A stretch of DNA of 64,000 bases from a virus (lineage: Duplodnaviria; Caudoviricetes). Of the stretch, positions 19,373-29,353 are shown piece after piece; positions within the stretch are counted from its first letter, which is position 1, and each line of letters opens with the position of its first letter. A model generated the notes under the pieces. The model searched no databases. It saw nothing but the letters and a program-made list of their open reading frames with translations, and had not been told where the DNA came from. The position numbers and the translations under genes are program-made. The stretch is from the IMG/VR virus record IMGVR_UViG_3300028364_000013; one strand, written 5' to 3'.

Positions 19373-19588
19373 ATGGAAATTAAGAAAGAAAACATCCGTT
19401 CAATACGTGCATTAAGAAGTGCAAAGGGCGGACGTGACTTGACACCTGTATTTAAAGGAGAAATGTTTCCTGTGTTTGTTCACGTTACAACAGAAGAGTT
19501 TGAAGGCGTTAGAGGTAATGACGAGTCAATGAAAGATTTAGCCATTCAAAAAATAAATTCACCTTCATTTGTTCCAAGTAGATTGTAA
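19373..19588 (+). CDS. hypothetical protein
   Basis: after pA; stop inside next pA. Confidence 0.75.
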   Translation: MEIKKENIRSIRALRSAKGGRDLTPVFKGEMFPVFVHVTTEEFEGVRGNDESMKDLAIQKINSPSFVPSRL

Positions 19589-19635
19589 CTTTTTAAATTA
19601 ATTTCGTTATACAGATATAACCAAACAAAAAAGAT

Positions 19636-20013
19636 ATGAAAACGATTGTACAGAACTTATTAGGAGGAATTAATTATTTTGGAAGCAGTTCAAGAAACTC
19701 TGATGAGTTTAATAAATTCTTCAGATTATTCAAAAAAGAGTTTACAAAAGAGTTGTTAAACATTGCAGCAACAAGTATTGAATTTAGTAAAGGTCATTTT
19801 GGATTGAGCGGATTTTTTAAAGTTGATGAGCAATTTTATTACTTCTCAATTTCAGATGTTAGAGGTGGATTCGGTTTTAATAGAAACAATGAGCCAGAAA
19901 TGTTAGTTCGTACAGCAAAACACAACAAAGATTATTCAGGAGGTTCAAATAACTATGTTGTAATTAAGCCAGAAATGCACAAAGAAATAGCCAGAAAGTT
20001 TAGACTGGACTAA
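19636..20013 (+). CDS. hypothetical protein
   Basis: after pA. Confidence 0.8.
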   Translation: MKTIVQNLLGGINYFGSSSRNSDEFNKFFRLFKKEFTKELLNIAATSIEFSKGHFGLSGFFKVDEQFYYFSISDVRGGFGFNRNNEPEMLVRTAKHNKDYSGGSNNYVVIKPEMHKEIARKFRLD

Positions 20014-20067
20014 TTGTAACTTTTTAAATTCCTATCGTTATACCTATGTAACCAATACATAAAGACA

Positions 20068-20328
20068 ATGAGCGAAATTAAGACATACCTAGCAAATTTA
20101 ATTGAAGAGAAAGGTAAAAGTGTTGATGCTGAAATTAAAATTGAAGGTCACATTGGGATTACATACCAAAACCTTATAGAATTCATTGAAGGCATTCCTA
20201 ATGAGATGCAAAAAGAAATTCGTACAATGCTTGTAAAAATAGATTTTCATAATGGAGATGTATTTGACTATTTGTTGCACCTTGCAAAAGGAATGGCAAA
20301 ACAAGCCGAAGCCAATATGGGTTGGTAA
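20068..20328 (+). CDS. hypothetical protein
   Basis: after pA. Confidence 0.8.
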   Translation: MSEIKTYLANLIEEKGKSVDAEIKIEGHIGITYQNLIEFIEGIPNEMQKEIRTMLVKIDFHNGDVFDYLLHLAKGMAKQAEANMGW

Positions 20329-20384
20329 TTGTAACTTTTTAAATTACTGTCGTTATACAGATATAACCAAATAAAAATAAAATT

Positions 20385-20660
20385 ATGATAGCAATAACAC
20401 TTATAGAGTTAGACAACTGTGAAGCACCGAACATTGGTACAATTATTTCTAATACTACAGACGAAGAAGAGTTGGTTAAAAAAGCTACCAAAGCAATTGA
20501 AAGTCATTTTGACGCTAAAGTTACGTCTATTAAAATTCAAGACGGTCTTGGGTTTTCTGATGTTAAAAATAGCCCACCTTTAGATGTTGTTGTTAGAGTT
20601 GAAGCAGAAGTAGGAGAGGAAGATTTTAAAATAGAGATTCAACAAACTTGGGTTTACTAA
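20385..20660 (+). CDS. hypothetical protein
   Basis: after pA. Confidence 0.8.
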   Translation: MIAITLIELDNCEAPNIGTIISNTTDEEELVKKATKAIESHFDAKVTSIKIQDGLGFSDVKNSPPLDVVVRVEAEVGEEDFKIEIQQTWVY

Positions 20661-20719
20661 TTTGTAACTTTTTAAATTCGTGTCGTTATACCTATGTAAC
20701 CAATAAACAAAAGGAAATT

Positions 20720-21037
20720 ATGAAAGTAGGAGACGTTTTAAACCCAGCAGAAATAGGAGAAAGAGGATTTGACCCAAAGGATTTGTTTAACAACCTTAGA
20801 AGACTTCAAACAGTATGGTGCTGGGGTGCGCACGCTTGGACAATTAACAAAGACAAGTTTTTAAGATTCAAGTCAGAAGGATTTTTGCATAAGGGACACG
20901 TTTACATTATTTTAGGGTGGGATGATACATTCAAAGTAATTTTAACCACGCTTAAAGGCAAAGTAATTAGCATTGATGAAAACGTTTACGTTGACGTATT
21001 GGTGCAGACAATTGACCACAGAATAGAAAGAAAATAA
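20720..21037 (+). CDS. hypothetical protein
   Basis: after pA. Confidence 0.8.
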   Translation: MKVGDVLNPAEIGERGFDPKDLFNNLRRLQTVWCWGAHAWTINKDKFLRFKSEGFLHKGHVYIILGWDDTFKVILTTLKGKVISIDENVYVDVLVQTIDHRIERK

Positions 21038-21122
21038 AACAAAAGCCCTCAATTAGTTTGGGGGCTTTTTTGTAACTTTTTAAATATTCATCGTTATACT
21101 TATGTAACCAAAACATAACAAG

Positions 21123-21341
21123 ATGAGATTTGACAAAGATGAAATAATAGACGGATTGGCAGGATTGCCATTCGAATTCACAGAAGAAATTGCTAAACTT
21201 AAATTAGAGGTTTTCGATTCAAATGGAATTGGAATTATGCCCGACAACCATGCGGATGTTACAGAGGCAATTCAAAAAGCAAACAGATATTCTCAACTAC
21301 TTTCAAAAAGAAATACATTTTGGAAGGCAACACTGAACTAA
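21123..21341 (+). CDS. hypothetical protein
   Basis: after pA. Confidence 0.75.
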   Translation: MRFDKDEIIDGLAGLPFEFTEEIAKLKLEVFDSNGIGIMPDNHADVTEAIQKANRYSQLLSKRNTFWKATLN

Positions 21342-21344
21342 GAT

Positions 21345-21749
21345 ATGAAAAACTGGATTAAAAAAAGGTTGATAAAACTTTTCACCTGCATAGGTTTGTC
21401 GAGTTTTCAAACAAAAGATGGTAGAAGCTATAGAGTGACTGGGTACTACTTTTGTTACAACTTTTCAGACGGAGATAGAAGGTTTGTAAGGTGTCATAAA
21501 GTTTTCGCCAACACAATAGGTGGATATGGCGTTGCAGGAGCTTACATTCCATTTAAAGACGTAGCTTCAATTAAATTTAGTTTAAAGCGTTGGCATTTCT
21601 TTAGAGATTCATTTAAAAGTAGAAAACGTCAAATAAAAAAAGACAAAGATACTTTTGATTTTTTAAAGTCAATTGAAAAGGGTTTAACTAAAAACGAATT
21701 TGAAGATTTAGCGTGGGAATTGACATGGAAAAGTTTTGAAAGTTTATAA
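21345..21749 (+). CDS. hypothetical protein
   Basis: ORF. Confidence 0.7.
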   Translation: MKNWIKKRLIKLFTCIGLSSFQTKDGRSYRVTGYYFCYNFSDGDRRFVRCHKVFANTIGGYGVAGAYIPFKDVASIKFSLKRWHFFRDSFKSRKRQIKKDKDTFDFLKSIEKGLTKNEFEDLAWELTWKSFESL

Positions 21750-21789
21750 ATTCTCCCTATATTTATAGAAGTAATTAAATACACTCAAA

Positions 21790-21975
21790 ATGACAATTAA
21801 TCAAGCGCTCGACCAACTGACACAAGGACAAAATTTAAACCAAGAACAACAAGATTTAAGACTCTCCCTAATAAAGGTTAAAGTTGAATTTGGTGGTAAG
21901 ACTGTTATTGAAAATTGTGAGCAAGTCAAAAACATTATTAAGTTCGGTAACAAAAACGGAACTCTCCCTTTGTAA
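21790..21975 (+). CDS. hypothetical protein
   Basis: ORF after ATATTTAT motif. Confidence 0.7.
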   Translation: MTINQALDQLTQGQNLNQEQQDLRLSLIKVKVEFGGKTVIENCEQVKNIIKFGNKNGTLPL

Positions 21976-22053
21976 GCAAAGCTGAAAAACGTTAGTTTGT
22001 AACTTTTTAAATTCGCATCGTTATATAATTGTAACAAATTAATATAACAACTT

Positions 22054-22269
22054 ATGTACGAAATTAGTAAAGCTTTAGGAGAAGATGACTTCGAAAACCA
22101 CTGCCTTCAACCAAGTGATGGGGGTCAGTATAGCGCAGAAAATGCAATTAACATTCTTGAAAACGGATACGGTGGCTCGATTCAGCACGCTGAAACGGGA
22201 AGAGGATTTATTGTAAGTCCTAATAGGGAAGGTAACGCATGGTTAAGAAAAGAACTAAAGATAAAATAA
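22054..22269 (+). CDS. hypothetical protein
   Basis: after pA. Confidence 0.75.
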   Translation: MYEISKALGEDDFENHCLQPSDGGQYSAENAINILENGYGGSIQHAETGRGFIVSPNREGNAWLRKELKIK

Positions 22270-22463
22270 TGGAGCAGAAAATAATTACTTCAAGACACGC
22301 AAGCGGTCTTAATAAAAAGATTGCTGACATGCAAGCTGAAGGGTGGGAGCCGTTGGGTTCTCACCAAGTGGTGACGGTACACCAACAAAACAGATTTTCG
22401 GGAACTCAACACAAAGATACTACTTTTGAAAATGAGTATTCACAAACAATGATAAAGAAATGA
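22269..22463 (+). CDS. hypothetical protein
   Basis: TAATG coupling. Confidence 0.75.
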   Translation: MEQKIITSRHASGLNKKIADMQAEGWEPLGSHQVVTVHQQNRFSGTQHKDTTFENEYSQTMIKK

Positions 22464-22735
22464 GAAAGTTAAATATAGCCAGCTGGTTAAAAAGTGAAAT
22501 AACTACCAGCGAATTAGTCAAAGATATTATTAAAGCTGGTGGTTTTTTAGGAAAGATGCCCAGCATGAAAAAGGCTAACGCTATTGGTTTTGAGTTGCTG
22601 GGGCAATTGGACAAGCAGAGAACGATAACAGAGAAAAGGTTGGGTCGTTTTTACGTGAGTTCAGAGTTCGACAACAATAAAGCGCATTTTTATTATAATG
22701 CGCAGTCAAAACTTTTAACAATTGAGATTCGTTAA
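22460..22735 (+). CDS. hypothetical protein
   Basis: ATGA overlap. Confidence 0.7.
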   Translation: MRKLNIASWLKSEITTSELVKDIIKAGGFLGKMPSMKKANAIGFELLGQLDKQRTITEKRLGRFYVSSEFDNNKAHFYYNAQSKLLTIEIR

Positions 22736-22770
22736 ATTGTAACTTTTTAAACTTCAATCGTTATACAGAT

Positions 22771-23193
22771 ATGGACGCACAATTTTATATAGACAGAGCA
22801 TTTGGACACCCTATTTTTATTAACGTAAAAGATGGTGTTATTACAGATTTTCCTCACGAAGGAAAGATGGAAGACAAACTAAATGAAAAATATGCTGGCA
22901 AAAGCATTTCAGAATTCAAAACAGAGTTCGAAGAAATTATGAAGCCTTCATTTCATTGTGTAAAGTCTTTAGAATATACAGGAGCGCTTCAAACCAAGGA
23001 AAGTATTATAAACCGAATTAAGGCTGAAAAAGAGCGCATAAACCGTACCTTCTTTCATAAAAGAATTAGAGTCGATGGACTCATTGAAGAAGTTGAAGCG
23101 AAGTATTCAAAAAAACTTGATGAAGCGATTAAAGAAGTAGCGATTCAAAGAGAAATTCTTGAAAAACACCACAACTTTTACTTAAAGTCATAA
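22771..23193 (+). CDS. hypothetical protein (leaderless)
   Basis: ATG 5 nt after pA -10. Confidence 0.8.
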   Translation: MDAQFYIDRAFGHPIFINVKDGVITDFPHEGKMEDKLNEKYAGKSISEFKTEFEEIMKPSFHCVKSLEYTGALQTKESIINRIKAEKERINRTFFHKRIRVDGLIEEVEAKYSKKLDEAIKEVAIQREILEKHHNFYLKS

Positions 23194-23273
23194 TTGTAAG
23201 CGAAGCGGAAAAGCGTCAGCTTGTAACTTTTTAAATACTCATCGTTATACACTTGTAACAAAAACATTATAAC

Positions 23274-23456
23274 ATGAGCGCAACAGCAGAAGCACAAGAA
23301 TTTGCAAAAGAGTTTTTAGGAAAGAACCCTGAATTAAAAGATGAAGTTAACGATATGTTTCAACTTATGCAAGATGAAATAGAAGCGGGAGAGTCAGAGC
23401 AGAACGAATTAGATTTATTCATTGGGGCTTGTAAAGATTTATTAGAAGATGAGTAA
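23274..23456 (+). CDS. hypothetical acidic protein
   Basis: after pA. Confidence 0.75.
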   Translation: MSATAEAQEFAKEFLGKNPELKDEVNDMFQLMQDEIEAGESEQNELDLFIGACKDLLEDE

Positions 23457-23790
23457 GCGAAAATTATTTAAAGACCTGAAGTCTGTGGTGCTATGGGACT
23501 TAGCAGAAGAACGTCAGGAGGAAGAGGAAGAAAAATCTACCATTGCATTTGGAAAGTTCTATGATGAAGCAACAAAGGATTCAAATTCTGATATGTTGTT
23601 TGATGGAGTTAAGGAGTTCAACGAACTTTATTCTGATAGATACCACGCAATTTTGGTGTATGGAGATAAATACAATTACGTGCAAGTAATTACGCTTGAG
23701 TACTTGGTAAAGAACTACAAAGAACTTTCAAGAGAGTTCAACGGATTGCCTGATTTAGAGAAGACAAAAAAGATTATTAATATATTGTAA
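23449..23790 (+). CDS. hypothetical protein
   Basis: stop inside next pA. Confidence 0.75.
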   Translation: MSKRKLFKDLKSVVLWDLAEERQEEEEEKSTIAFGKFYDEATKDSNSDMLFDGVKEFNELYSDRYHAILVYGDKYNYVQVITLEYLVKNYKELSREFNGLPDLEKTKKIINIL

Positions 23791-23840
23791 CTTTTTAAAA
23801 ACAAATCGTTATACAAACATAACCAATAAAACTTTAAGAC

Positions 23841-24089
23841 ATGGCAGAATTTGATTCAGCAGACGACATTATAGACTTCATTGACTTTAATAAGTTAAGA
23901 GAGCAAAAGGAAGCATTGATTGAAATATTGGGTGCAGTTAAAGGTGTAAAGAATGGGATAATTAAAACCGTTAGTGAAGAAAAAATTAACGAAGTGCAAG
24001 GCATTATTCATTTGATTGACCACATTCAAGACTACGCAGTTGATGTATTGGGTAAGGATGAAAATGAAGTGTTTAACTTAGAAGATTGA
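23841..24089 (+). CDS. hypothetical protein
   Basis: after pA. Confidence 0.8.
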   Translation: MAEFDSADDIIDFIDFNKLREQKEALIEILGAVKGVKNGIIKTVSEEKINEVQGIIHLIDHIQDYAVDVLGKDENEVFNLED

Positions 24090-24142
24090 TTGTAACTTTT
24101 TAAAAACAAATCGTTATAAACATAACTAAAAACACTAAAGCA

Positions 24143-24592
24143 ATAGCAAAAGGATTTAAAGATAAATTAGAGGAAATTGAGCAAGAGGTTATTCAGAAAA
24201 TAATTGAACTTGTTAATACAAAAGGGATAGGAGTAAAAAGCAATGTTGTCAGCGAGAACGTTCTAAAATTAGAAAACGGCAAAGATGATGAATTGATGTA
24301 CAACATTGATGGAGCTTCAACTTATGTTGTTGCAGTTTCTCCATACGCATTGATTAGCGAAAGCGGTTACAGTTATGCACATAGTGGAATTGAGTTTGAA
24401 CAACTTTGCGAAATAGTGGACGCATTTACACCAATAGAAGATGTAAATGATAAAACTCAATTAGAATTTACTGATAGAGAATTAACAGCAGTTTTGCAAT
24501 TGATTAATAATAACATTAGCGACAGAAAATGTGACGAAAACGAACTTGGCTATATGGGATTATTGGACTTGAAAAACAAGTTGCAAAAATAG
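24143..24592 (+). CDS. hypothetical protein with ATA at the expected start
   Basis: open frame from ATA 24143 in AAAGCA-ATA-GCA context after pA. Confidence 0.6.
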   Translation: MAKGFKDKLEEIEQEVIQKIIELVNTKGIGVKSNVVSENVLKLENGKDDELMYNIDGASTYVVAVSPYALISESGYSYAHSGIEFEQLCEIVDAFTPIEDVNDKTQLEFTDRELTAVLQLINNNISDRKCDENELGYMGLLDLKNKLQK

Positions 24593-24694
24593 ATATTTGT
24601 TTGTTTGGTTATGAACATAGAGAGAGGGTAATGACTGAGGTTGTTATCCTCTTTCGCTTTTTGTAACTTTTTAAAAAACCATCGTTATACAGAT

Positions 24695-25030
24695 ATGGAC
24701 ACACAGACACAGATAGTAGAAATTAAAGTAGAGAACGCCTTCAAAGGTGCGTCTAACTACATTTCAAGAAACTTACTTGAATGTATGAGATTCTGGAACA
24801 ATACGGGAATTGCTGAATTGCAAATTGCCAGAGAGGAAGAGCCAGACGAACATACAAAAGCATTTGATGATGAAGTTCTGGATAAGATGCTGATTGATTG
24901 CAGAACTTTCTGTAATTCTGATACTGCAAAAAGAACAGGAAAGTTTGAATGTGGAAGAACCAGAAGTCATGTCTGGGTTCACATGAATGACGAGAGAATG
25001 TTCATGTTTTACACAAACGTAGCAATATGA
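24695..25030 (+). CDS. hypothetical protein (leaderless)
   Basis: ATG 5 nt after pA -10. Confidence 0.8.
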   Translation: MDTQTQIVEIKVENAFKGASNYISRNLLECMRFWNNTGIAELQIAREEEPDEHTKAFDDEVLDKMLIDCRTFCNSDTAKRTGKFECGRTRSHVWVHMNDERMFMFYTNVAI

Positions 25031-25308
25031 ATGTAGTTGTTGTGGGATGCGGTAGCGGTGGTTCTGCTGGTGCAAAGTTAGCTTTGATGGAACTTGCAAT
25101 GGAGCAAGGCTATACCATAGTAGTTGATGACGTTAAGAATGTTTTTGAGCCAGAGCCAGAAGTATTTCTAATTACCAGAAATGATATTTTAGAAATGCCA
25201 GAGGTTTTTATTGAACCAGATAAAGTTCCATTTTCTAAATTTAGAGAAACAAAACAAAAAGGTAAACATTTGGCTAAAAAAAGAAATTTTAGCCATAGAA
25301 GAAGATAA
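25027..25308 (+). CDS. hypothetical protein
   Basis: ATGA overlap; N-terminal VVVVGCGSGG resembles a Rossmann loop but the protein is too short for an enzyme call. Confidence 0.7.
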   Translation: MNVVVVGCGSGGSAGAKLALMELAMEQGYTIVVDDVKNVFEPEPEVFLITRNDILEMPEVFIEPDKVPFSKFRETKQKGKHLAKKRNFSHRRR

Positions 25309-25579
25309 TTGTAACTTTTTAAATTGATTTCGTTATACAAATAGGAAACGATATGTTCATATAATGGTAGAATGGTGATACCTACTATTAAAACACTTAT
25401 GGCAACGGTGTTGAACAGTGTTATATGCTGTATAATTGCAAGGGTGGTGTTACACACTAATAAAACTTTTACATTGCATATAACGAACAATATGAGAGCC
25501 CAGAGGATTTTCTTCTGGGCTTTTTTTGTAACTTTTTAAAAATTAATCGTTATACAGATATAACCAAAAAAAAGAAATT

Positions 25580-25975
25580 ATGGAAACTACAACATTAGTA
25601 AAAAGCGAAATTAGAGTAATAGCAATTGATGAAACAAGATTTTGGAAACAACAACTTCAAGATGCTTGTGGAAAGATTGAAACGGTTTATATGTACGATA
25701 GTTCTGTAACTACAAACCTTTGTGAGATTACACCTTCTTATGAGTTAACACCTCTTTACTACGTGATTGAGAATGAAGTGAGTGATGAGATTCGTGATAA
25801 AGTTGATGAGAACATTTCAGATGAAGAGCCAATTTATATGCACTGTAACGTTGTTGATGAATTGGAAAGCATTTCAAGTGAGAATGGATTTGACTTTGAG
25901 AGTTCTGAAAGTGATGAGTACAAAGAAGAGTTTGAGAGTGCAAGAGAATATTTGAATGGAAACCATTTAATTTAA
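25580..25975 (+). CDS. hypothetical acidic protein
   Basis: after pA. Confidence 0.8.
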   Translation: METTTLVKSEIRVIAIDETRFWKQQLQDACGKIETVYMYDSSVTTNLCEITPSYELTPLYYVIENEVSDEIRDKVDENISDEEPIYMHCNVVDELESISSENGFDFESSESDEYKEEFESAREYLNGNHLI

Positions 25976-25980
25976 TATAT

Positions 25981-26151
25981 ATGAAAAACTTTGAAATTAA
26001 AATTGCAGGAAGTGGTACAGTTGACCAAATTGCAACAAGACTATTAGATATTGCAAGAAAAATGCAAGTTGCAAATGTTCATGGCGGCGTTGATGAATTA
26101 GAGGGAACTTATGATGATGATATTTTGATTACAGAAATTACAGAAGATTAA
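25981..26151 (+). CDS. hypothetical protein (56 aa)
   Basis: MKNFEIKIAGSG...; below ORF-track cutoff. Confidence 0.7.
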   Translation: MKNFEIKIAGSGTVDQIATRLLDIARKMQVANVHGGVDELEGTYDDDILITEITED

Positions 26152-26204
26152 TTGTAACTTTTTAAATTCGTGTCGTTATACACTTGTAACCAAAAAACAC
26201 ACAG

Positions 26205-26396
26205 ATGAGTTTCGCAAGACAATTAGAAAGAAAAATTATAGGAAACATTAGCAAGGTTTCCAAAGGAGAATTAACAGTTAAGGACGCTGGGATAGGCAAA
26301 TTGATTACCCGTCTCAAGGAGATGGATGAAGCCGCAGCAGAAGACCTACAGACAAAGTACGTCTCTACAGTGAAAGCCTTGAATGATAAAAATTAA
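26205..26396 (+). CDS. hypothetical protein
   Basis: after pA. Confidence 0.75.
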   Translation: MSFARQLERKIIGNISKVSKGELTVKDAGIGKLITRLKEMDEAAAEDLQTKYVSTVKALNDKN

Positions 26397-26586
26397 ATGG
26401 AGGGTTTGTCTCCTCTGCTGGGTCTCGTACCCATTCCGTAGGTAGCCGATAATGGCGGTTACCACTTTTGTTTGAATGGTTAAAACCATTTGTCAGTCCA
26501 GAATGCCCCAGCCTACAAGTTGGGGTATTTGTGTTTTGTAACTTTTTAAATCTGGGTCGTTATAACACCAGACTAAAACAAAAGAT

Positions 26587-27090
26587 ATGAGAAAATTTGA
26601 ACATGAGGGCTGGGTTCTTGAGATTACCACGCCAACAACCATTGTAGTAACCAAACTCGGAGAGAGTAGAGAATACGATGTGAGAACAATTGTAGAAGCA
26701 AACCATGATGAGGGCGTGGAAGATTATGTGTACCTTACTCACGAGGACAATTCTTTTACGCAAGTTAAATTTGAAGATGAAGACTTCTTGGTCATAGATT
26801 TATTTGATGTAGATGGAGAATTTATTGATTCAATTGGAAGTCACGTATTTGGAGAAGGGGTGAAGATGAATAAGCCAACAAAAGAGAGAATTAAGAGATT
26901 TAGAGAAGACTGGGGGCAAAGTCATGAGGAAATTTGCAGCTGTCTGGGATATGACGAAGAGGATTCTGATGACATGATTATGGGAGATGACTACTTCTGG
27001 GATGAAGCCGCTGAACTATGGTGCAACAAAAGCGCCTCTGGCCTTCAAGGAGATGACCAAGAAGTTGCTGATTATTTGAGAGCTTTGTAA
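26587..27090 (+). CDS. hypothetical acidic protein
   Basis: after pA; stop inside next pA. Confidence 0.8.
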   Translation: MRKFEHEGWVLEITTPTTIVVTKLGESREYDVRTIVEANHDEGVEDYVYLTHEDNSFTQVKFEDEDFLVIDLFDVDGEFIDSIGSHVFGEGVKMNKPTKERIKRFREDWGQSHEEICSCLGYDEEDSDDMIMGDDYFWDEAAELWCNKSASGLQGDDQEVADYLRAL

Positions 27091-27139
27091 CTTTTTAAAT
27101 ACTCATCGTTATACACTTGTAACCAAAAAACACATAGAC

Positions 27140-27436
27140 ATGAGCGTATTGACAAGAGAAGAGTTGACAGCGGAATTAGAAGGAATGTTTCCAAAAATGT
27201 TACTAAGAACAACAGAACAGTTTGACGGAGCAGAGGGAGGCATATGGACTTCTGGAGAGGACGGGATTGATGGTCCTATTATGAACCACCTGCCTTTATT
27301 CAACTACTACTCACAAGACGGTGGAAGCAACTACTACACATTCGGAGTGAACAACAAGTTTTATGAGTTCCTTGAAGAGCGTGGATGGTATGCAGAGTTC
27401 AACGACCCTGGAACCGTAATGTTATGGGAGGCGTAA
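27140..27436 (+). CDS. hypothetical protein
   Basis: after pA. Confidence 0.8.
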   Translation: MSVLTREELTAELEGMFPKMLLRTTEQFDGAEGGIWTSGEDGIDGPIMNHLPLFNYYSQDGGSNYYTFGVNNKFYEFLEERGWYAEFNDPGTVMLWEA

Positions 27437-27584
27437 GCCTTTTGTAACTTTTTGAAATCCTATCGTTATATATTTAGAACCAAAGGCGAACTGATTTAAG
27501 ATGCTGCAACGGTATTGGTACGATTCCCTTAACCTCGTATCTATCCAGTAAGATGCTGGCGTGACTCAACACAAAAAATAAATT

Positions 27585-27797
27585 ATGACACCAAAAGAAA
27601 AAGCAAACGAATTAGGTAACAAATTTTACCAAGGGAGTGTATTTGATTATGATAAACAAGGACACTTAAAGGAGATTGAAAGAGCAAAAGAACGCACAAA
27701 AATTTGTGTACAAGCTATATTAGATGCAGTTACAACAATAGCAGATAAAAAGTTTGATTACTACACAGAGGTAATGAAAGAGATTGATAACCTCTAA
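27585..27797 (+). CDS. hypothetical protein
   Basis: MTPKEKANEL start; followed by attC-like site. Confidence 0.75.
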   Translation: MTPKEKANELGNKFYQGSVFDYDKQGHLKEIERAKERTKICVQAILDAVTTIADKKFDYYTEVMKEIDNL

Positions 27798-27801
27798 TGT
27801 T

Positions 27802-27926
27802 TGCTAACGGTTTGTACAAGAATATGAGTAGTAGCGGTAAAAAGCAAGATAACCCTTTCGGATGGTCAACAATGCTAATAACCTGCAAAAGATGGTTTAA
27901 AAACCAAGTGAAGCTATTGCTCATTC
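27802..27926 (+). mobile_element. truncated attC-like element
   Basis: TGCTAAC plus GAATATGAGTAGTAGC / GCTATTGCTCATTC arms; no GTT right core. Confidence 0.45.
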
Positions 27927-27994
27927 TTTTTTAAAAATACGCTTCGATTACCACTTGATATTCTAAAAATACTTTTATATATTGTCTACACGAA

Positions 27995-28086
27995 GGAGAG
28001 GTAGCTCAGAGAGTTCTGTAAAAGAATCAGGTAGAGCAGCGGCGCTGAACACCCGTGTGTCGCAAGTTCGAATCTTGCTCTCTCCA
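27995..28086 (+). tRNA. tRNA-Phe(GAA)-like with about 20-nt D-loop insertion
   Basis: GGAGAGG/TCTCTCC acceptor, GCTC/GAGC D stem, loop CTGAACA, GTGTC variable region, GCAAG-TTCGAAT-CTTGC T arm. Confidence 0.7.
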
Positions 28087-28089
28087 CTA

Positions 28090-28137
28090 AAAAAGACTCA
28101 CTTAGATTTTTAATCAATTTATAAGTGAGTCTTTTTA
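28090..28137. terminator. intrinsic terminator
   Basis: AAAAAGACTCACTTA ... TAAGTGAGTCTTTTT. Confidence 0.75.
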
Positions 28138-28152
28138 TTTTTCATACTATTT

Positions 28153-28683
28153 ATGATGAAAAATAAAGACAGAGAAAAAGATATTATTCGATTATATACC
28201 GAAGAAGGAGAAACTTGTACTAATATTTCTAAGATTGTAAAAATACAAAGAAAAAATGTATACCTAATTCTTGAAAGAAATGGGGTTCAACTAAGGAAGT
28301 CTGTAAATATAAAATGTTCAATCTGTAGAAGAGAAATAACTAACAATTCAAGAAAAAGAACAAAATGCGGTACTTGTATGACTAAGGTTAGAAGGTATAT
28401 TGAAAGAAAAACATCTGTTGAATATCTTGGAAATAAATGTAAAAGATGCGACTGGTCTGGTGATATATCTGGATTTGATTTTCACCACAGAGTTTCAGAA
28501 GAAAAAAGTTTTGGAATTAGTGCTCTAACAGTTGCAAATAAAACATGGAAACTTGTTAAGCAGGAGCTTGATAAATGTGATTTACTTTGCGCTTTGTGTC
28601 ATCGACTTGAACATTCAGATTATCAAAATGAAAATTTAATTAAAGAATCAAAAAATTATAGTGGAATTTTATTCAAAGAGTAA
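28153..28683 (+). CDS. HNH homing endonuclease with N-terminal HTH and zinc finger
   Basis: CKRC...FDFHH...ELDKCDLLCALCHRLEH. Confidence 0.85.
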   Translation: MMKNKDREKDIIRLYTEEGETCTNISKIVKIQRKNVYLILERNGVQLRKSVNIKCSICRREITNNSRKRTKCGTCMTKVRRYIERKTSVEYLGNKCKRCDWSGDISGFDFHHRVSEEKSFGISALTVANKTWKLVKQELDKCDLLCALCHRLEHSDYQNENLIKESKNYSGILFKE

Positions 28684-28831
28684 CTTGATTTTTAATATCT
28701 AATTTATTATATTAACACAACGATTGTTTTCATATTCAGTTGTTTTGTTATTTATATTAGTTAGAGCTCAGAGGAAATTCTTCTGGGCTTTTTCTATTTG
28801 TAACTTTTTGAAACCTCATCGTTATACTAAT

Positions 28832-29299
28832 ATGAAAAAATTAACAATAAATACTGGCGACCTAACGGATGCACAAACAAGTTTGCTTATGGATTTATTC
28901 TGTGACGTTCTTGGTGGAGATGAAATGAATGAGATGACACTTAAACCCCATTCATTCACATTGTCAGTAGAAGAGGTAGGAACCTCAAAAGACCAAAAGA
29001 TTGCTGAGATAAAAAGAATTCTTAGAAAGTGTTGTGATGACAGTACGTCAACTTGCGACCTTGAAGCAGATGGCTCTCCTTGTATTAGTAGCACAGGAAC
29101 TAACAGAAATAATATTTCAGTTTTAGTTGAAAGATTCTCGACAGATGGTGTGGGTATTTTTACTTACCACAATGAAACTGAAATTTCAGAAGGAGATTTG
29201 AGCTACGAAGAGCTTGAGGAAGACATTATTGATGAGATTCTTGAATTGCTTGAACAAAAAGAAATTGAAGACGACAAAACAATGGAGCGTTGCATGTAA
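28832..29299 (+). CDS. hypothetical acidic protein (leaderless)
   Basis: ATG 5 nt after pA -10. Confidence 0.8.
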   Translation: MKKLTINTGDLTDAQTSLLMDLFCDVLGGDEMNEMTLKPHSFTLSVEEVGTSKDQKIAEIKRILRKCCDDSTSTCDLEADGSPCISSTGTNRNNISVLVERFSTDGVGIFTYHNETEISEGDLSYEELEEDIIDEILELLEQKEIEDDKTMERCM

Positions 29300-29353
29300 T
29301 TGTAACTTTTCAAATTCATGTCGTTATATACTTGTAACAAAAAACAAAAAAAC

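Noticed and set aside
25027-25308. Oxidoreductase call from VVVVGCGSGG
   Set aside because: 93 aa is too short and the rest lacks Rossmann-fold features.
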